This document shows, piece by piece, positions 1 to 12,792 of a stretch of DNA of 38,611 nucleotides. The number at the start of each line of letters is the position of its first letter. Positions within the stretch are counted from its first letter, which is position 1. The notes below the pieces were generated by a model. That model saw nothing but the letters and a program-made list of their open reading frames with translations, searched no databases and was not told the origin of the DNA. The position numbers and the translations under genes are program-made. The stretch is from Chiloscyllium plagiosum (lineage: Eukaryota): positions 7,033,971 through 7,072,581 of the forward strand of contig NC_057752.1 of NCBI RefSeq assembly GCF_004010195.1, given 5' to 3'.

Positions 1-835
1 ATTAAACTCCATCTGCCACTTCTCAGCCCATTGGCCCATCTGGTCAAGATCTGTTGTAATCTGAAGTAACCCTCTTCGCTGTCCACTACACCTCCAATTT
101 TGGTGTCATCTGCAAACTTACTAACTGTACCTCTTATGCGCGCATCCAAATCATTTACGTAAATGACAAAACGTAGAGGACCCAGCATCGATCCTTGTGG
201 CACTCCACTGGTCACAAGCCTCCAGTCTGAAAAACAACCCTGCACCACCACCCTCTGTCTTCTACCTTTGAGCCAGTTCTGTATCCAAATGGCTAGCTCT
301 CCCTGTATTCCGTGAGATCTAACCTTGCTAATCAGTCTCCCATGGGAACCTTGTCGAACTTCTTACTGAAGTCCATAGAGATCACATCTACCAGTCTGCC
401 CTCATCAGTCCTCTTTGTTACTTCCTCAAAAAACTCAATCAAGTTTGTGAGACATGATTTCCCATGCACAAAGCGATGTTGACTATCCCTAATCAGTTCT
501 TGCCTTTCCAAATACATGTACACCCTGTCCCTCAGGATTCCCTCCAACAAATTGCCCACCACCGATGTCAGGCTCACTGGTATAGTTCCCTGGCTTGTCC
601 TTACCACCCTTCTTAAACAGTGGCACCACACCACCTCACCTGTGACTATCGATGATAAATATCTCAGCAAGAGGCCCAGCAATCACTTCTCTAGCTTCCC
701 ACAGAGTTCTAGGGTACACCTGATCAGGTCCTGGGGATTTATCCACCTTTACCCATTTCAAGACATCCAGCACTTCCTCCTCTGTAATCTGGACATTTTT
801 CAAGATGTAACCATCTATTTCCCTACAGTCTATAT
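1..835 (-). mobile_element. CR1-clade LINE fragment (reverse transcriptase region), degenerate
   Basis: ORF 332..682 reads PVSLTSVVGNLLE...SQHRFVHGKSCLTNLIEFFEEVTK...VDVISMDFSKKFDKVP, typical of CR1 ORF2 RT. The minus strand near 100-120 reads KFADDTK. Frameshifted. Confidence 0.9.
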
Positions 836-839
836 TTTC

Positions 840-2620
840 CAGAAGTAATTGTCAAAATCCACTGTTAGCATCCAGTTTGATGAATAGGGTGATCTTGGCT
901 AATTTTTCTAGACTGAAGCCATGAGATGAATTCATGCTCCACTGCTTTGTTGAATAGAGTTAAATCCACACAGAACCTTATTGAAACATTTTTTGGAAAC
1001 CTAACCATACAGTACTGGAATACCATCTTGTTGGCATGGTAACTGATGAAATCATTCCTTGATGTAGTACATTTTATTTGTTATCTTAAACTTTGCCCAG
1101 GACTGTCCTCAGCATTTATAAGCAAATTGGTTAGCATCATGTTTTAGGTGATGGGATATTCAGTCTTTAATTTTCTCTGCTCTGAAAACAATTTTGGAAA
1201 CTCACTGAAATATAGTTGTTTGCTCAGCATCAGCAATTTCATTAAATTCACAGATTAATCTGAGCTTAAGGCAGGTCTTTCTGATGTGTGGAGAACCTTC
1301 TCCATTCTGAATGACACTTTCTAGGAATATTCTTCCCTTATATCTGAGATTTGCCATGAGTTGGGCTTTTACCTTCAATGATCTTCTTCCAGGATCTTGC
1401 AATCTCATGCATGGTATTTGCAATTCAATTTGTTTGAACTACTTAAGTTGATCTGATCCAAATGGAGTGATTCATGATTGCACATAATGCAGTAATGCCA
1501 CTGTATATGCTGTGAAGCAGGAGTATTGGGTAGAGGGGTTGGATGGGTGGAAGGCTGGGAGCAGGAACGTCTGCCCCCTCCAGCTTGAGAGCGCGCAGGG
1601 GCCTACTCAAGAGTACTCAAACTCAAGAGTAACAAATGCTTCTGCACCCACTTCCTCCATCTCGTCTGTCATTTATCCTCAATGCCATTATTCATATTAC
1701 ACACTTCTAAAAGCACCTTTTTCTTCCATGACATCCAGGTTGTGACAGAGCACAAGCATGTTCACATTAAATGCATTCAATAGCAAAACACCATTTTCTG
1801 TATGTTGTTTAAACATATAGGGGAGGGGAATCCATTTACTTTTAGCTTGGCACTCGAGCCAGTATCATTAACTGTTCCAAAAGAGGTGTTTTTAAAAAAG
1901 AATTTCTTCCTTTGTTTGCCAATTGTGTACATTTTCAAACAATACTCTTTTAAAATTAGCTGCTCTTCCACAGTAATGGTACCATGCTCCCCCTGCTGGA
2001 CAGTCTTCACATTTTTGTGACTCATTCCCATCACACCAGACTTTGGAATTGCACTTGGTATGATTTTTTTTCCCCATTATGGTGGGCCAAGATTTTCACA
2101 TGCTTTCTCCTTTGCTGCCCACAATCTGAATCGACTTGCTCAATTATTTTCCCCATAGTGTATCGGTTTTCCTTCAGATGAATACCCGGGTTCTGTCGCC
2201 TTACAATTTGCTTTGCTTTCGCTCAGACTAAATCTTCCCTATCTTATGAAAGGTCTCATCTGCCACCTTACCGACGAGCTAGTTGCAAATCAACTCTGCC
2301 TTAAAACTTTCATAAGTGCAATTCTCCGACAGCTTGTGAATGTCCTTAATGAATTTTGCCCATTCAATAATTAGTTTGCCAAACACTAAAACACGCATCG
2401 AATGCCCACGATACAATACTGCATTCTCAAATACACCATTAGCATTCATTCCTCCAGCATAGCGTAATGTGCTGACCTGCTCTTTCTTACCTCACCCTGA
2501 AGAAGTTCTGTACCTGCCAAACGTTTTCTTTCTGGGCCTGGTACTGCCTCTCGATTGCTTGGCATGTTTCCAGGAGTGGTAGCTTAGTTTCCACGCTTCT
2601 CCTGGGCCTTGGAGCTGTTT
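840..2620 (-). mobile_element. Decayed Gypsy/Ty3 LTR-retrotransposon internal region (gag to start of RT)
   Basis: Manual minus-strand translation gives KKEQVSTLRYAG (about 2490-2455) and FIKDIHKLSENCTYESFKAELICN*LVG (about 2355-2270), both gag-like. GKKNHTKCNSK is a zinc-knuckle relic. GMISSVTMPTRW, SIRFCVDLTLFNKAVE and FIKLDANSGF*QL (about 1060-845) are Gypsy RT motifs. Many stops and frameshifts. Confidence 0.75.
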
Positions 2621-3224
2621 CTGCATCTTTTAGTTTGTCTTGCTGCTCACGGTTTCAGGCTATTGCTCGCTGCTATCCAGTCTCTGGATCTGTTTTCCAA
2701 CCCTCTGGTGAGTCTTACAAAAATTGTTATCTTGACCAGGAGGTTCACTTCAACTGTTGATTTTGTTGCTGTTTGCCTTTCCCACTGCCACTTCATTTTG
2801 TTTTGTGTTTTGAGAGTTTGGGACTGTTTAGACACTTAAAGGAATGCTGTTTGAGTCTATGGAACTTTCTGTAAGAACTCTTTATTTATAGATTGATCTG
2901 TGTGCACGTCATCTTCACACAAGGTTAGCACATCAGCTTTCTTCTATCTCTGTGTATTGCCCCAATGCTCTCGTGTTGTGTAAAACCTAAAACTTATTTT
3001 TATTTTGCTTAATATCATACTTCGTGCTTTAGTATAACTTTTTGTCTAACTGTATCCTGTATCTCTACAAATGATCTCAAGATGCTTTTCAATGTTCATG
3101 TGCCAGCTGTACATTGAGTGCCATACTGTTAGTGATGCCATCTTTCAGATGGGATATTAAACCACATTCTGTCTTCTCTCTCAAATGGCTTTAAAGAAAT
3201 GGGGAGATTTTTTTCAAAAAATAA

Positions 3225-3510
3225 TCAGAATATATGAATCACTAACAAGGCCAACATTTACTGCCCAATCATAATTGCTTTGGTGAAGATAACGATACTA
3301 GATGCCTTCTTGAATGCAATGGAGTAACTTGCTTGACCATATCCGAGGCCAGTTAGGAGTCAAACTACAGTAATGTGTCTGGAGTCACATGTAGGCCAGA
3401 TTAGGGAAGGAGCTAACTTTCCTTCTGTAGAGTAACTAGATAGATATCTATCATAATCCAGGAGCTGCACAGTCATCTTTATTCATATTAGTATTTTGTT
3501 TCAAATTTGA
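3225..3510 (-). mobile_element. Short non-autonomous element (core + 3' tail) of the tRNA-headed LINE/SINE family
   Basis: The GAGTCA..CTACA...GAGTCACATGTAGGCCAGA..GGGAAGG block is shared with 24130-24270 and 26900-27030. Confidence 0.6.
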
Positions 3511-3514
3511 TCAT

Positions 3515-3811
3515 TAGATTAGATTAGCGATAGTGTGGAAACAGGCCCTTCGGCCCAACCAGTCCACACCGCCCCTCCGAAGAGAAACCCACCCAAACCC
3601 CTGACTAACACACCCAACACTGTGGGCAATTTTAGCATGACCAATTCACCTGACCTGCACATCTTTGGATTGTGGGAGGAAATCAGAGCACCCAGAGGAA
3701 ACCCAGACAGACACGGGGAGAAAGTGCAAACTCCACACAGACAGGCGGGAATCGAACCCAGGACCCTGGTGCTGTGAGGCAGCAGTGCTAACCACTGAGC
3801 CACCGTGCCAC
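3515..3811 (-). mobile_element. HE1-type tRNA-derived V-SINE
   Basis: A box TGGCTCAGTGG, B box GGTTCGATTCC, V-domain-like TGTGTGGAGTTTGCAC..TCTCCCCGTGTCT, CR1-like 3' end and (AATCT)n tail. Confidence 0.9.
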
Positions 3812-5143
3812 CTTATTCATTAAAAAAATCAAACATGTCCCCAGACAATTCATTTACCTAGAAACAAAACCAGCACGCTGCATACGGAGTGCTCTACTGC
3901 ACCCTGGACAATATTTAAACCCAGAAATGATGCTGATCATTTATTTCATTGCTGTTTGTGGACACTTGCTTTGCTCATGTGGTGTGTATGTAGCATTGGC
4001 AGTTCAGAAGAACTTCAGTGGCTATAAGGTCCTTTAGGATGTCCTGAGGTTGTGGAAAAAACACTCAAATACAAGAATTTCTCTTCAAAATTAAGTTATA
4101 AATGTGAGTTATTTGAACACAGATGAGACTATATAAAACTATGGAAACTACAAAACAATCCTCTGTACAGCCTATATTATTTAACAAAAAGAGAAGGGTA
4201 CCTGGTTCAGCTTGTCCAGCTCAGCCTCCCAAAACAAAAAAAAAATCCCAATAATTGGCTAATTTTCATTTACATGGTTGGATAAATCTCAGAAACACTT
4301 CCATTGTTGTGCTGTTCTAAAATACAAAATTATCTTGGAGATGACCATAAGCACTGAACCAGTGCCATCAGGTGGCCAGAAATGACAGTGCAAGAAATTA
4401 AAAACAAAAAAAAGCTCAAATAGTCTACAGATCAGGTGGCACTTGAGGAGAGAAAAACCAAGTTAACTATCTGATGGATAACATCGACATGAGGCTCCAT
4501 AATGTTGGAGATCCTTCTTTCAGTGCCCACCTTCTTATCATTAGTGTTGTGCACAAGTTTCTCCTGCAGGAAGATTGAATTAATGAGATGAAGACTGGCA
4601 CAGGTCAACTGTCTCCTAGGTAGCATTGAGATCTGGCAGCTTCTGACTAGAGGCTGAGCCATCTGGCGCAGATGTGATGAGCTGAATGACCTCCTGCTAT
4701 GATGTATTATTTTATAATTTGAGGTTTTCAATAAATAAGCAATCAGGAGCACCTGTAAACAGGGCTTCCCAAAGTGGGGATCAAGATGTCAAATGGGGTC
4801 ACATTAGAATTTTGGAGTTGCAAGATCCATAAGCAGTAATATCTGCTGTGGAGATCCAGAAAAAGTTAGTAACGGGTTCTGTCTCTCTCTCTCATTCACT
4901 GAAGAGTTGTAATAACATTTAAACCTCAAAATGGGGTTACAACAGGAAAACATTTGTGAAACACTGGTCCAAGGACAGTGTTTGCTTTTCTGAAGTAGTA
5001 ATGTTTAACCAGAACTGTTGATGTCATTTTTCTTTTCACAGATGTTGCCAAAACGGAGTGTTTCCAGTCCAGCATGTTGTTTTCATTCCATAAAGGATTA
5101 CACTGGAGTGTCCCCATGTTGTCAACAGAACCAATTTTACACT

Positions 5144-5149
5144 TTTATT
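5144..5149 (-). promoter_or_regulatory. Candidate distal polyadenylation signal (AATAAA) of CDK2; alternatives at 5347-5352 and 7548-7553
   Basis: Minus-strand AATAAA at the end of a roughly 3.4 kb AT/U-rich, repeat-poor stretch downstream of the stop codon. Confidence 0.4.
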
Positions 5150-8100
5150 TTAAATATAAAAAACAACAAATAAAGTAACTATAAGATAAGCTTTCAACAA
5201 AACAAAATGAAACTAAATTATCTTACTTCTGGAGTCTCTAAAACATTTCTGAGACTGGCAGGCACCACAAGAATGGACTCATTAAATCATTCAAACATTT
5301 TCAGCTTTAACTACCAAGAGGTTAAAAATTAAGAAGTCACAAGGTCTTTATTCTGGTAATTGTGAATTACAAAGTATTAAAATGATATTGATTGGCAAGG
5401 CCCTACAGTGCTCAAGACATGTCGCCTAGTAGTTTAGCTGAAGGAAGTGACATGCTTGAAGACATTTCCAGATAGGAGTATCCAGTTTACAATGGTCACT
5501 GAAGCCCAAATTACAAACATGGCAAGAAACATGTAGCTTTAAGTACAAGAAAAGGTGACTCAAACCCCCTCCTCTCTTGTTGGCTCTCAGGAAAAAAATG
5601 CTCATCCACTGTCTTGGATCCAATTTTCAATCTTTCAACACAGACAATTCAGTCAACAAAATATTTTTAATTTTCTATACAAGAGTTAAAACAGGGCAAA
5701 TGCAAATCCCATGAATAGTTAAAAAAAGACTAAACAGCACTCATCTTCACACCCAAAATTTTATGACAGTATCAAAGCAGTAACCAAGCCTGTTATTTTG
5801 GCAAAGTTGGTCAGATAAAGCCACCAGTGCAACCATAGTTGATCTCCCAAAAGGCAAAAATCACAGAAACACGCAGCAATGAATGCAATATTTGAAATAT
5901 CTCTACATTAAAAGCAAACAGTTCATAGGCTCAATTTTAATGTGCATGGAATTTTTAAGTTTGCAAATATGAATGTAATTTCAATTATTCATCACTTTTC
6001 TGCTTTTTGTAATATCAATCTATAGTCTGAAATTAATTTAGTTACTACAGTGTGAGGTAGGGGAGTGCCTAGAGCAAATGAATAGCTTGGGAAGATTTTA
6101 TCAATGGAAGAGACGACAGTTTACTGAAGTAATCTCTTTTCTAGCCAAGGGATATCTTGGTTCATTGTTGCACCTCCATGTAACTCAGTGCAGGCTAGGG
6201 ATTGAATCAGGGATTTTTCTCCTCTGTGTTGCAGTTTTCACATGCACACCATTACTTAGTCACTGAAAGGGCCATAAAGATTTAACCATTTTGCATATTT
6301 GGTTCAATTTTCTCATTCTATTTTTGTTCAGGGGTGCACAAGTGGGAAGGATGAAAGTCTGTGATGAACAGTAGTTAAGTTAGTATTGCTACATCCCAGA
6401 CTTGCCCAAATGATAGACATTGTAAGACTACATGAACAATCATGTTACTACAATTCCTGCTCATTGGAAGCATTTAGTGCATTCTTAAGATATCACAAAA
6501 AAAAGGTGCCTGGTGATTTAGACCAAGTGGCAGCACAGTTTCTTCACTGGATTACTCAATTACCTGCTGGATTTGACTTGCTTAGGGAGAACCCGATTCA
6601 GTTTTGTTGACCATCAGGCGCAAAGTATGCAGTCCATGAGATAATTTGAAACACCAAAACAAAGCAAAAGCCAGACTTATAATTGCTTGACATGTTTATG
6701 TTGCAAGAAATGCTGATCCCGCTGGCCAGGTAATCTCACAGTACTTAACCTTCTACTAATGCAGAGTAAGTTGGCCACAATACAAGCCCAGAGTATCAGG
6801 ATGGTTGTATTGCATTCAGATAGGACAAGCATTGGTTAAACTCCAATAAGAGTTCAGATGAGCTTATGTAGGTAACAATACTTATATCCACTCTCAAAAC
6901 ATCGTAAAAATAATCCCTTCGCAGATTCAAATTTAGAATTATGCATAACAGATTAAAACAAAGGAATTGTTCAAAAATGCACATTGCTATATTGTCTTAA
7001 AGTGACAGTATCCACTAATCCAAACCTGCGCAGTTCCAACTCAAATTTTGGGGAATTGTGGACTCAACTGAGATGGAGGCAACCTCAATTTAAAAATTAC
7101 TTGCTCCAAAGATTTCATACAATTTCAGTTTCTAAGCATTAGCTTGTGCATTTTCTTTTGTGCAGCTCAATCTCCTCCTTGTTTTTTGGTGCTTTCCTTC
7201 CAGTATTGTTCAATACTAGTAGATCCATATTTATGTCAACTGCAGTTGTGACCAAGGATAACAGGATCAGATGGGTTGGATTGATGTCAAGATCTATAGT
7301 ACAGCACAGGCTATCTCGTAACCATCAGCATCCAAGTGCATGGCTGCTTCTTATGAGAAGAGACAAAAAAATCTCAACATTGAGTTTTTCGGCTGACTTC
7401 ATTATCATGCATTCACCTGAAGTGACTTTCCGAAAAGCTACAAGAATCTATCTACTGCAACTAGAAAATAAACCTACTCAGCAAAATGCTCAATTAATCT
7501 AATTATACTGTTACAACAAAGTATAATTGACTCTTTCTCTAATAATCTTTATTTCCCTTTTGACCAGTTTCTCCCCAATTCTCTTCCAATCCATGTTCAC
7601 CCTGTGTTCACCAGAAATCTGCAAAAACACATTTTCTGGAACAGACTGCTGGATACCAACTAAGAATAAAGACTCAATTTGTCTTTCTCCCTTCCTAACA
7701 GAGTGTCACTGGCGAGTGGACAGTCCTCACTGGCTGAGATTCACTAATCCAGCACCAGAGTCCTTCATAACTCAACATTAGAATGGATGCAGAGCAATTT
7801 ATCCCATACTTTTAAAATTTTCTCTTCTGCTCTCCAAAATCAACTCTCACTTTGAACTCAATCAGGGCATTTCTGCTACCTTGTCTAAAAGGCCATTTTT
7901 CACATGCCAGACTGGACAATAAGTGCTACCTGACCATCCAACTGCAGGTAGTGTCACATCTACGTCATCACCTATCCATACTGCCAACAAGGTTCACTAT
8001 ACAGGAATTTGGGCAGGGAGGGGGGAGAGGGGGGCCTAACTCAGTCACCTCTATCTTAACTTTAGATGAAATCAGTCGGTACTGTGAATCAAAACTAGGA

Positions 8101-8589
8101 CCTCCTGGTTTGTATGGCTCAGAGTTGGAGATTTGCATCTGAGTCACTGGGACCTTTTAATGCAAATGTAATTTTCATTCAGATGAAAGAATCTCACCAG
8201 GGCTTCGTTAATGCTGTTCTGGATGAGTGATGACAATCAGAGCTTACTGTAGGAATTAAAAATAAAGCACAAATGTAGTTATTGTGACTCTTTGTGTAGC
8301 CAATTATGTTGACATGATAAATTGGAAGGATGGTCTCACGAGAAAAGCCAACTGGAGACCACCCATTTTTCCAAGGATTATGAAAAATACTTTGATAAAA
8401 AAGTTAAATTTTAAATGTTTGCAAAAATCATATGGAACTTGTTAAATAAAAAGCTCTGCTGGAGATGTGAATTACCAATACATGGATCTTTGGTACTTCT
8501 GGGAATAAAGACTGGATGACAATATGAACAGACGCTGCCTCATCAGTTCCTTCCAAATGACATTTCAGGATTTCCAGATCAGCTGGATT

Positions 8590-8694
8590 TTAAGCTCGAA
8601 GTTGAGGGATGGGTGTGGTCACATCTTGGAAGAAAGGGTGAGACAGGGCACTCTTTGCTGAGATCCGCTTGCTTGGATCATACTGAAGCATTTG
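8590..8694 (-). CDS. CDK2: CDK2 exon 7 (coding part, 105 nt including stop)
   Basis: TTGCAG acceptor; [34 protein letters not shown]. The C-terminus is CDK2-like rather than CDK3-like. Confidence 0.96.
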   Translation of the reverse strand, partial: QMLQYDPSKRISAKSALSHPFFQDVTTPIPQLRA

Positions 8695-8869
8695 CTGCAA
8701 GAAAGAGGGATCAAATTGGTCAGTTAAAATTCAGCAACAACTTTTAAAAAGCAAGGGAAAGATCAGAGAGATTTAAAGAATAGTGAAGCACTGATTTGTA
8801 GTAGAATGAACAACCACAACTTTTTATTTACATAGTGGGTTTAAAGTAATAAAAAGCTCCACAATGCTT

Positions 8870-9090
8870 CATAAAACCATTAGAAAACAAAATTTGCCAT
8901 CGAGTCACATAAGAAAAAACAAGATCAAATGGTGAAAAACTCGGTCCAAGAGGTAGATTTTCAAGAGCATCTAAGTGTAAGGCAGCGAGATTTAGACAGA
9001 AAATTCCAGAGTTTTGGGCTGTAGCAGCTGAAGGCATGGCTAACCATGGTGGAGAGGTTAAAATCAGAGATACTCAAGAGGGCACAAGTA
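8870..9090 (-). mobile_element. Probable old L2-type LINE 3' fragment in intron 6
   Basis: AATTCCAGAG...GCAGCTGAAGGCATGGC..CCATGGTGGAG resembles shark L2 3' regions (recalled motif only). Confidence 0.35.
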
Positions 9091-9468
9091 GAGTCTATGT
9101 CAGGTTTTTAAAGAAGCTACCAGCTTATATCAATGATAAACTGTTTTTCTTTCCCTCTCTGCCTGTTATCAAGTCCAGATTTTCACAACTTGTGGACACT
9201 GTTATTTAAGCAGGACAAAAAATATCCATTGGTTCTGAGGTTGCTCTGGTTTCAAAGCCAAAGTGTAAACACAGCGAACCTAGGACTCTGACCTCTTCAT
9301 TTCAAATTAATCCACAGGTATAGATGATTGAAATTCCCCTCTCAAATTTTCTCACTTTCCCAGGATCCTGGATGGAATTCCACAGACTGATCATCAGATC
9401 AATGCGGGTAAGTGACTACTTGAAGTCTTTACATGACATGCCGCTTGTACTCGTATCTCATGACTCAC

Positions 9469-9672
9469 CGCTAACAGGTCTCTGCCAACCTCATCGAGAG
9501 GGGGCACCACTTTACCAAGATCCTGCTGAATCCACCTTGGGAATGTAGGCTTGTAATCAGGCATGGAGGTTACTCCTGGCCAGACCGATTCATCTGGTGT
9601 TCCAAGTGTTCGGAAAATGCGAAACAGCTGATCAATCTCAGAGTCTCCAGGAAATAGGGCTCTCCTCGTGAC
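9469..9672 (-). CDS. CDK2: CDK2 exon 6 (204 nt)
   Basis: TCTTAG acceptor, GTGAGT donor; [68 protein letters not shown]. Confidence 0.97.
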
Positions 9673-10189
9673 CTAAGACAAACAAAACCAAAACCAGAAT
9701 TGGCAATATTGCTTCAGTAAAACACCCTATGCACTCTCAACTAAGAGTACCTGTGCTCTTTTGAGTTTTCACATGCAAGTATCCAGTCCATATCTGAAGC
9801 ATCAAATAGTTTGGAACCCAAGATTCCACTGCTGTTCCTCTAGTTCTGAAGTTCCAAGACCAGCTACTCCCTGGTTTGTCACCAGTGACCATATGCACAT
9901 GCTGAGACAGCAGTGTTGGCAGAGCATTAAAAACACAGCTTGCCCCTGCCCACACTGCATATGTCCCAGCAGAAGACAGGAGCAGGGAGACAAAGGTTAA
10001 TCACATTGTCATGTTCCTCCCGCTACCCTGATGTCTAGCAAATATCAATACAATCAAGATAGATTGGAAAATTGTAGGTACAGCCTCAGTGGTTTGTACA
10101 CCAACAATTTTACCTAATGAATCAACAGAAGCAAACTAACAAAAAGCAGAAAATTAACTTATACAGACTGAAGGTACTATATTTGCTTT

Positions 10190-10380
10190 GGTAGCATCAG
10201 TGGAGACAAAGCAGCATTAATGTTTTGAGTCCAGTGAACAGTTGGGAACAGTTCTGAAGAAATGCCACTGGACCTGAAAAGTTAACTCTGTTTTCTCTCC
10301 ATAGATGCTGCCCGGTCTGCTGAGTTTTTCCTGAAATTTCGGTTTTTGTTTCTGATTTCCAACACTGCAGTTCTTTTTTT
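10190..10380. mobile_element. Penelope-like terminal fragment (back-to-back pieces) with a decayed hammerhead motif
   Basis: AGTT-CTGAAGA...GAAAAGTT-AACT followed by AGATGCTGCCCGGTCTGCTGAG, similar to 14687-14810. Confidence 0.6.
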
Positions 10381-11952
10381 AAAAAACTGTACTTGCTTTC
10401 TTGGCTGCGGAACCTGCCATCTACAAACACAGGAATCAATGTCCACTTTCAAAATGAAAGTTTCATTATTCGGGCTTTTGTTTTAAAAAAATGAGTAAAA
10501 GCAACGAATAAATATACTTTTACACTTGTTTTGGTTTTATCAATGGGTGATAAAATCCAGATACTGATGTGGAAAGGTTAGCAAGTCTGACATAGCCATG
10601 GTCCCAGCAATGTACTTTTGTTCTCCTGGCAAATTAAGGTTTGATTACATGATCTACATAATACATACAGCTTGCAGATAAAAGAAATATAGATTCACTG
10701 CAAATATGCACAGTAATCTGGTTATGCAATGGTTACAGCTTGAGCTCAACTGCTTTGAATATTTAATTAACAATGTACCCTTTCTTCCCCAGTCCGACCC
10801 TTCAAGAACCTCAGTGTGAAACATACAACTACTGCTTCACCAGACTGCTTGTGATTCCACAAAACACAGTGGGCATATTATCCAACAAAAAGGCAAAAGT
10901 ATGTGTAGAATGGAGGGCAAAAATTTCTATCCTAAGGGGAGTGGGTCAGCAAGTTTCATTACATCATTAGCCCAGCACACTGGAATCATACACCACATTT
11001 AAACAATGCAGCTATTTGAAAGCAGAATTCAGAGGAGCTCTGTTTAATCTATTCCTTGCACAATGAACACTGTCACAAAGAACAGTCCTCAACCTAAATT
11101 TCCCCTTGCTCCCTGAGGGTGCAGAAGTGTCCTCTGTGGTAGTACAGGGTTAGGCATAATTCTTGAGCAGGCATGTGTTTTCTTACTGGGCACACGCTCT
11201 ACAAACACGAGGCATTCTTCACTGCCTCGCTCAAGTGACCATTTTTCATGTGTGAGCCAAGACAGCAAGTTTTGGAAGGCAAAGGCAAAGTGATCACTTC
11301 AATTGCATGAAGCAAGGATTTTTATAGCAAGACTTGAGTCACTGGGTGGGGTCATACTAGTGTGCTCTAGAGTGAACTGTGTGCAGATCTTTCTTTGCCC
11401 ATGAATAGGGCAAAGGAAAAATCTATCCCAATTATTACCTGTCTTCTCAGGTGTGTAATATATTGTCTGATTTTTGAATAGATTGGTTCTTTCAGTCGTG
11501 CTGTTCCTTTCAGGTAGTTTTATTCATGCATAATTTAAGGTGGAGATGGTGATCTATAAACATAAACATGAAGGATTTTTGAAGCCATCATTGGCCTGTG
11601 TCCCTTGGTTCAGAAAAGTAGAATCAGATTGAAACTTGCTCCTCGTGATTGTCTAGTGACTGGAAGGAGAAAAATGTGAGTGTCAAGGAGGACAAAGTTG
11701 CATATGTGCCCTGCAACTAAACAGCCTTCCAATGCTTGCTGTCTTGGTTCACACATGCAGTGTGTCTCCTGAAATGCATCTTTGCCTCCACTACTCCATA
11801 AGACATAAGAGCAGAATTAGGCCATTTAGCCCGAATGCTCCACCATTTGATCATGGCTGATTGGGAGCGAGAAACATTTCTCCTGCCTTCTCCTCATAAA
11901 CCAGAAGACTCCATGTGGTAGTCGTGTTCAGCCTAAAACGGAGAGTCATAAA

Positions 11953-12271
11953 TAGATTAGATTAGGTTCCCTACAGTGTGGAAACAAGCCCTTCGGCCCA
12001 ACAAGTCCACACCGACCCTCTGAAGTCACCCACCCAGACCCATTTCCCTCTGACTAATGCACCTAACACAATGGGCAATTTAGCATGGCCAATTCACCTG
12101 ACCGGCACATCTTTGGATTATGGGAGGAAACTGGAGCACTCGGAGGAAACCCACGCAGACACGGGGAGAATGTGCAAACTCCACACAGACAATCACCCGA
12201 GGCTGGAATCAAACCCGGGTCCCTGGCGCTGTGAGGTAGCAGTGCTAACCACTGAGCCACAGTGCCGCCCC
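11953..12271 (-). mobile_element. HE1-type V-SINE, full length, with probable TSD
   Basis: Same head, V domain and tail as 3515-3811. Flanked by AGAGTCATAAA (11942-11952) and AGAGTCACAAA (12274-12284). Confidence 0.9.
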
Positions 12272-12284
12272 TAAGAGTCACAAA

Positions 12285-12520
12285 AGAAATCCAAGGAGAA
12301 ACTTCTTTACTCAGAGCAGAACTTGCTACCACATGGAGTGGTGGAGACAAACACTATAGATGTATTTAAGGAGAAACTACATGATACAGAAAGGAATAGG
12401 AACTCATGTTGGTCAGGTTAAAATAAACAAGGTGGGAGGCAGCTCATATAGTATGCAAGTACCAGCACAGACATACTGGGCGAAATGATCCATTTCTGTG
12501 CTGTAGATGCAATGTAATTT
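12285..12520 (+). mobile_element. CR1 LINE 3'-end fragment
   Basis: AAACTTCTTTACTCAGAG...GGAGTGGTGGAG...TTTAAGG...GGGCGAAATGATCCATTTCTGTGCTGTA, similar to the 3' end at 16750-16990. Confidence 0.65.
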
Positions 12521-12736
12521 TCTTTAAAGAGAGCTGAAGGGCTTTGAAAAAAATGCATCAATACAGATGGCATCAGTTTCTCCTCATCCACTCTATCCAG
12601 TCCACTTGTGATTTTGAAAACCTCTTTAAACCTCCTGTCCAGCCTTCTTCTCTCAAAGGAGAACAGTTCCAACTTCTTCAATAGAAGTTGCTGGAAAAGC
12701 TCAGCAGGTCTGGCAGCATCTGTGAAGAGAAATCAG

Positions 12737-12774
12737 AGTTAACGTTTCGGGTCTGGTAACCCTTCCTCAGAGTT
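12737..12774 (-). ncRNA. Minimal type I hammerhead-like motif (Penelope-associated); core intact, stem I weak
   Basis: CTGAGGA-A-GGGT(TACCAG)ACCC-GAAA-CG-TT. The inverted twin at 14687-14725 has a perfect AGTT/AACT stem I but GAAA changed to AAAA. Confidence 0.55.
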
Positions 12775-12792
12775 GTTGACAGCTAGGAAAAT

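Larger units (their letters stand above)
3095..4085 (+). mobile_element. Old Deu-domain-type SINE split by nested insertions (pieces about 3095-3200 and 3885-4085)
   Basis: GATGCCATCTTTCAGATGGGATATTAAACC...CTCTCAAATGG and CATTGCTGTTTGTGGACACTTGC resemble the Deu-SINE core and tail. A related copy lies at about 22595-22870. Confidence 0.55.

Noticed and set aside
4760..4800. hAT-like terminus CAGGGCTTCCC(A/T)AAGTGGGG, also at 21068
   Set aside because: No matching second terminus or TSD was found, and it is too short to call.
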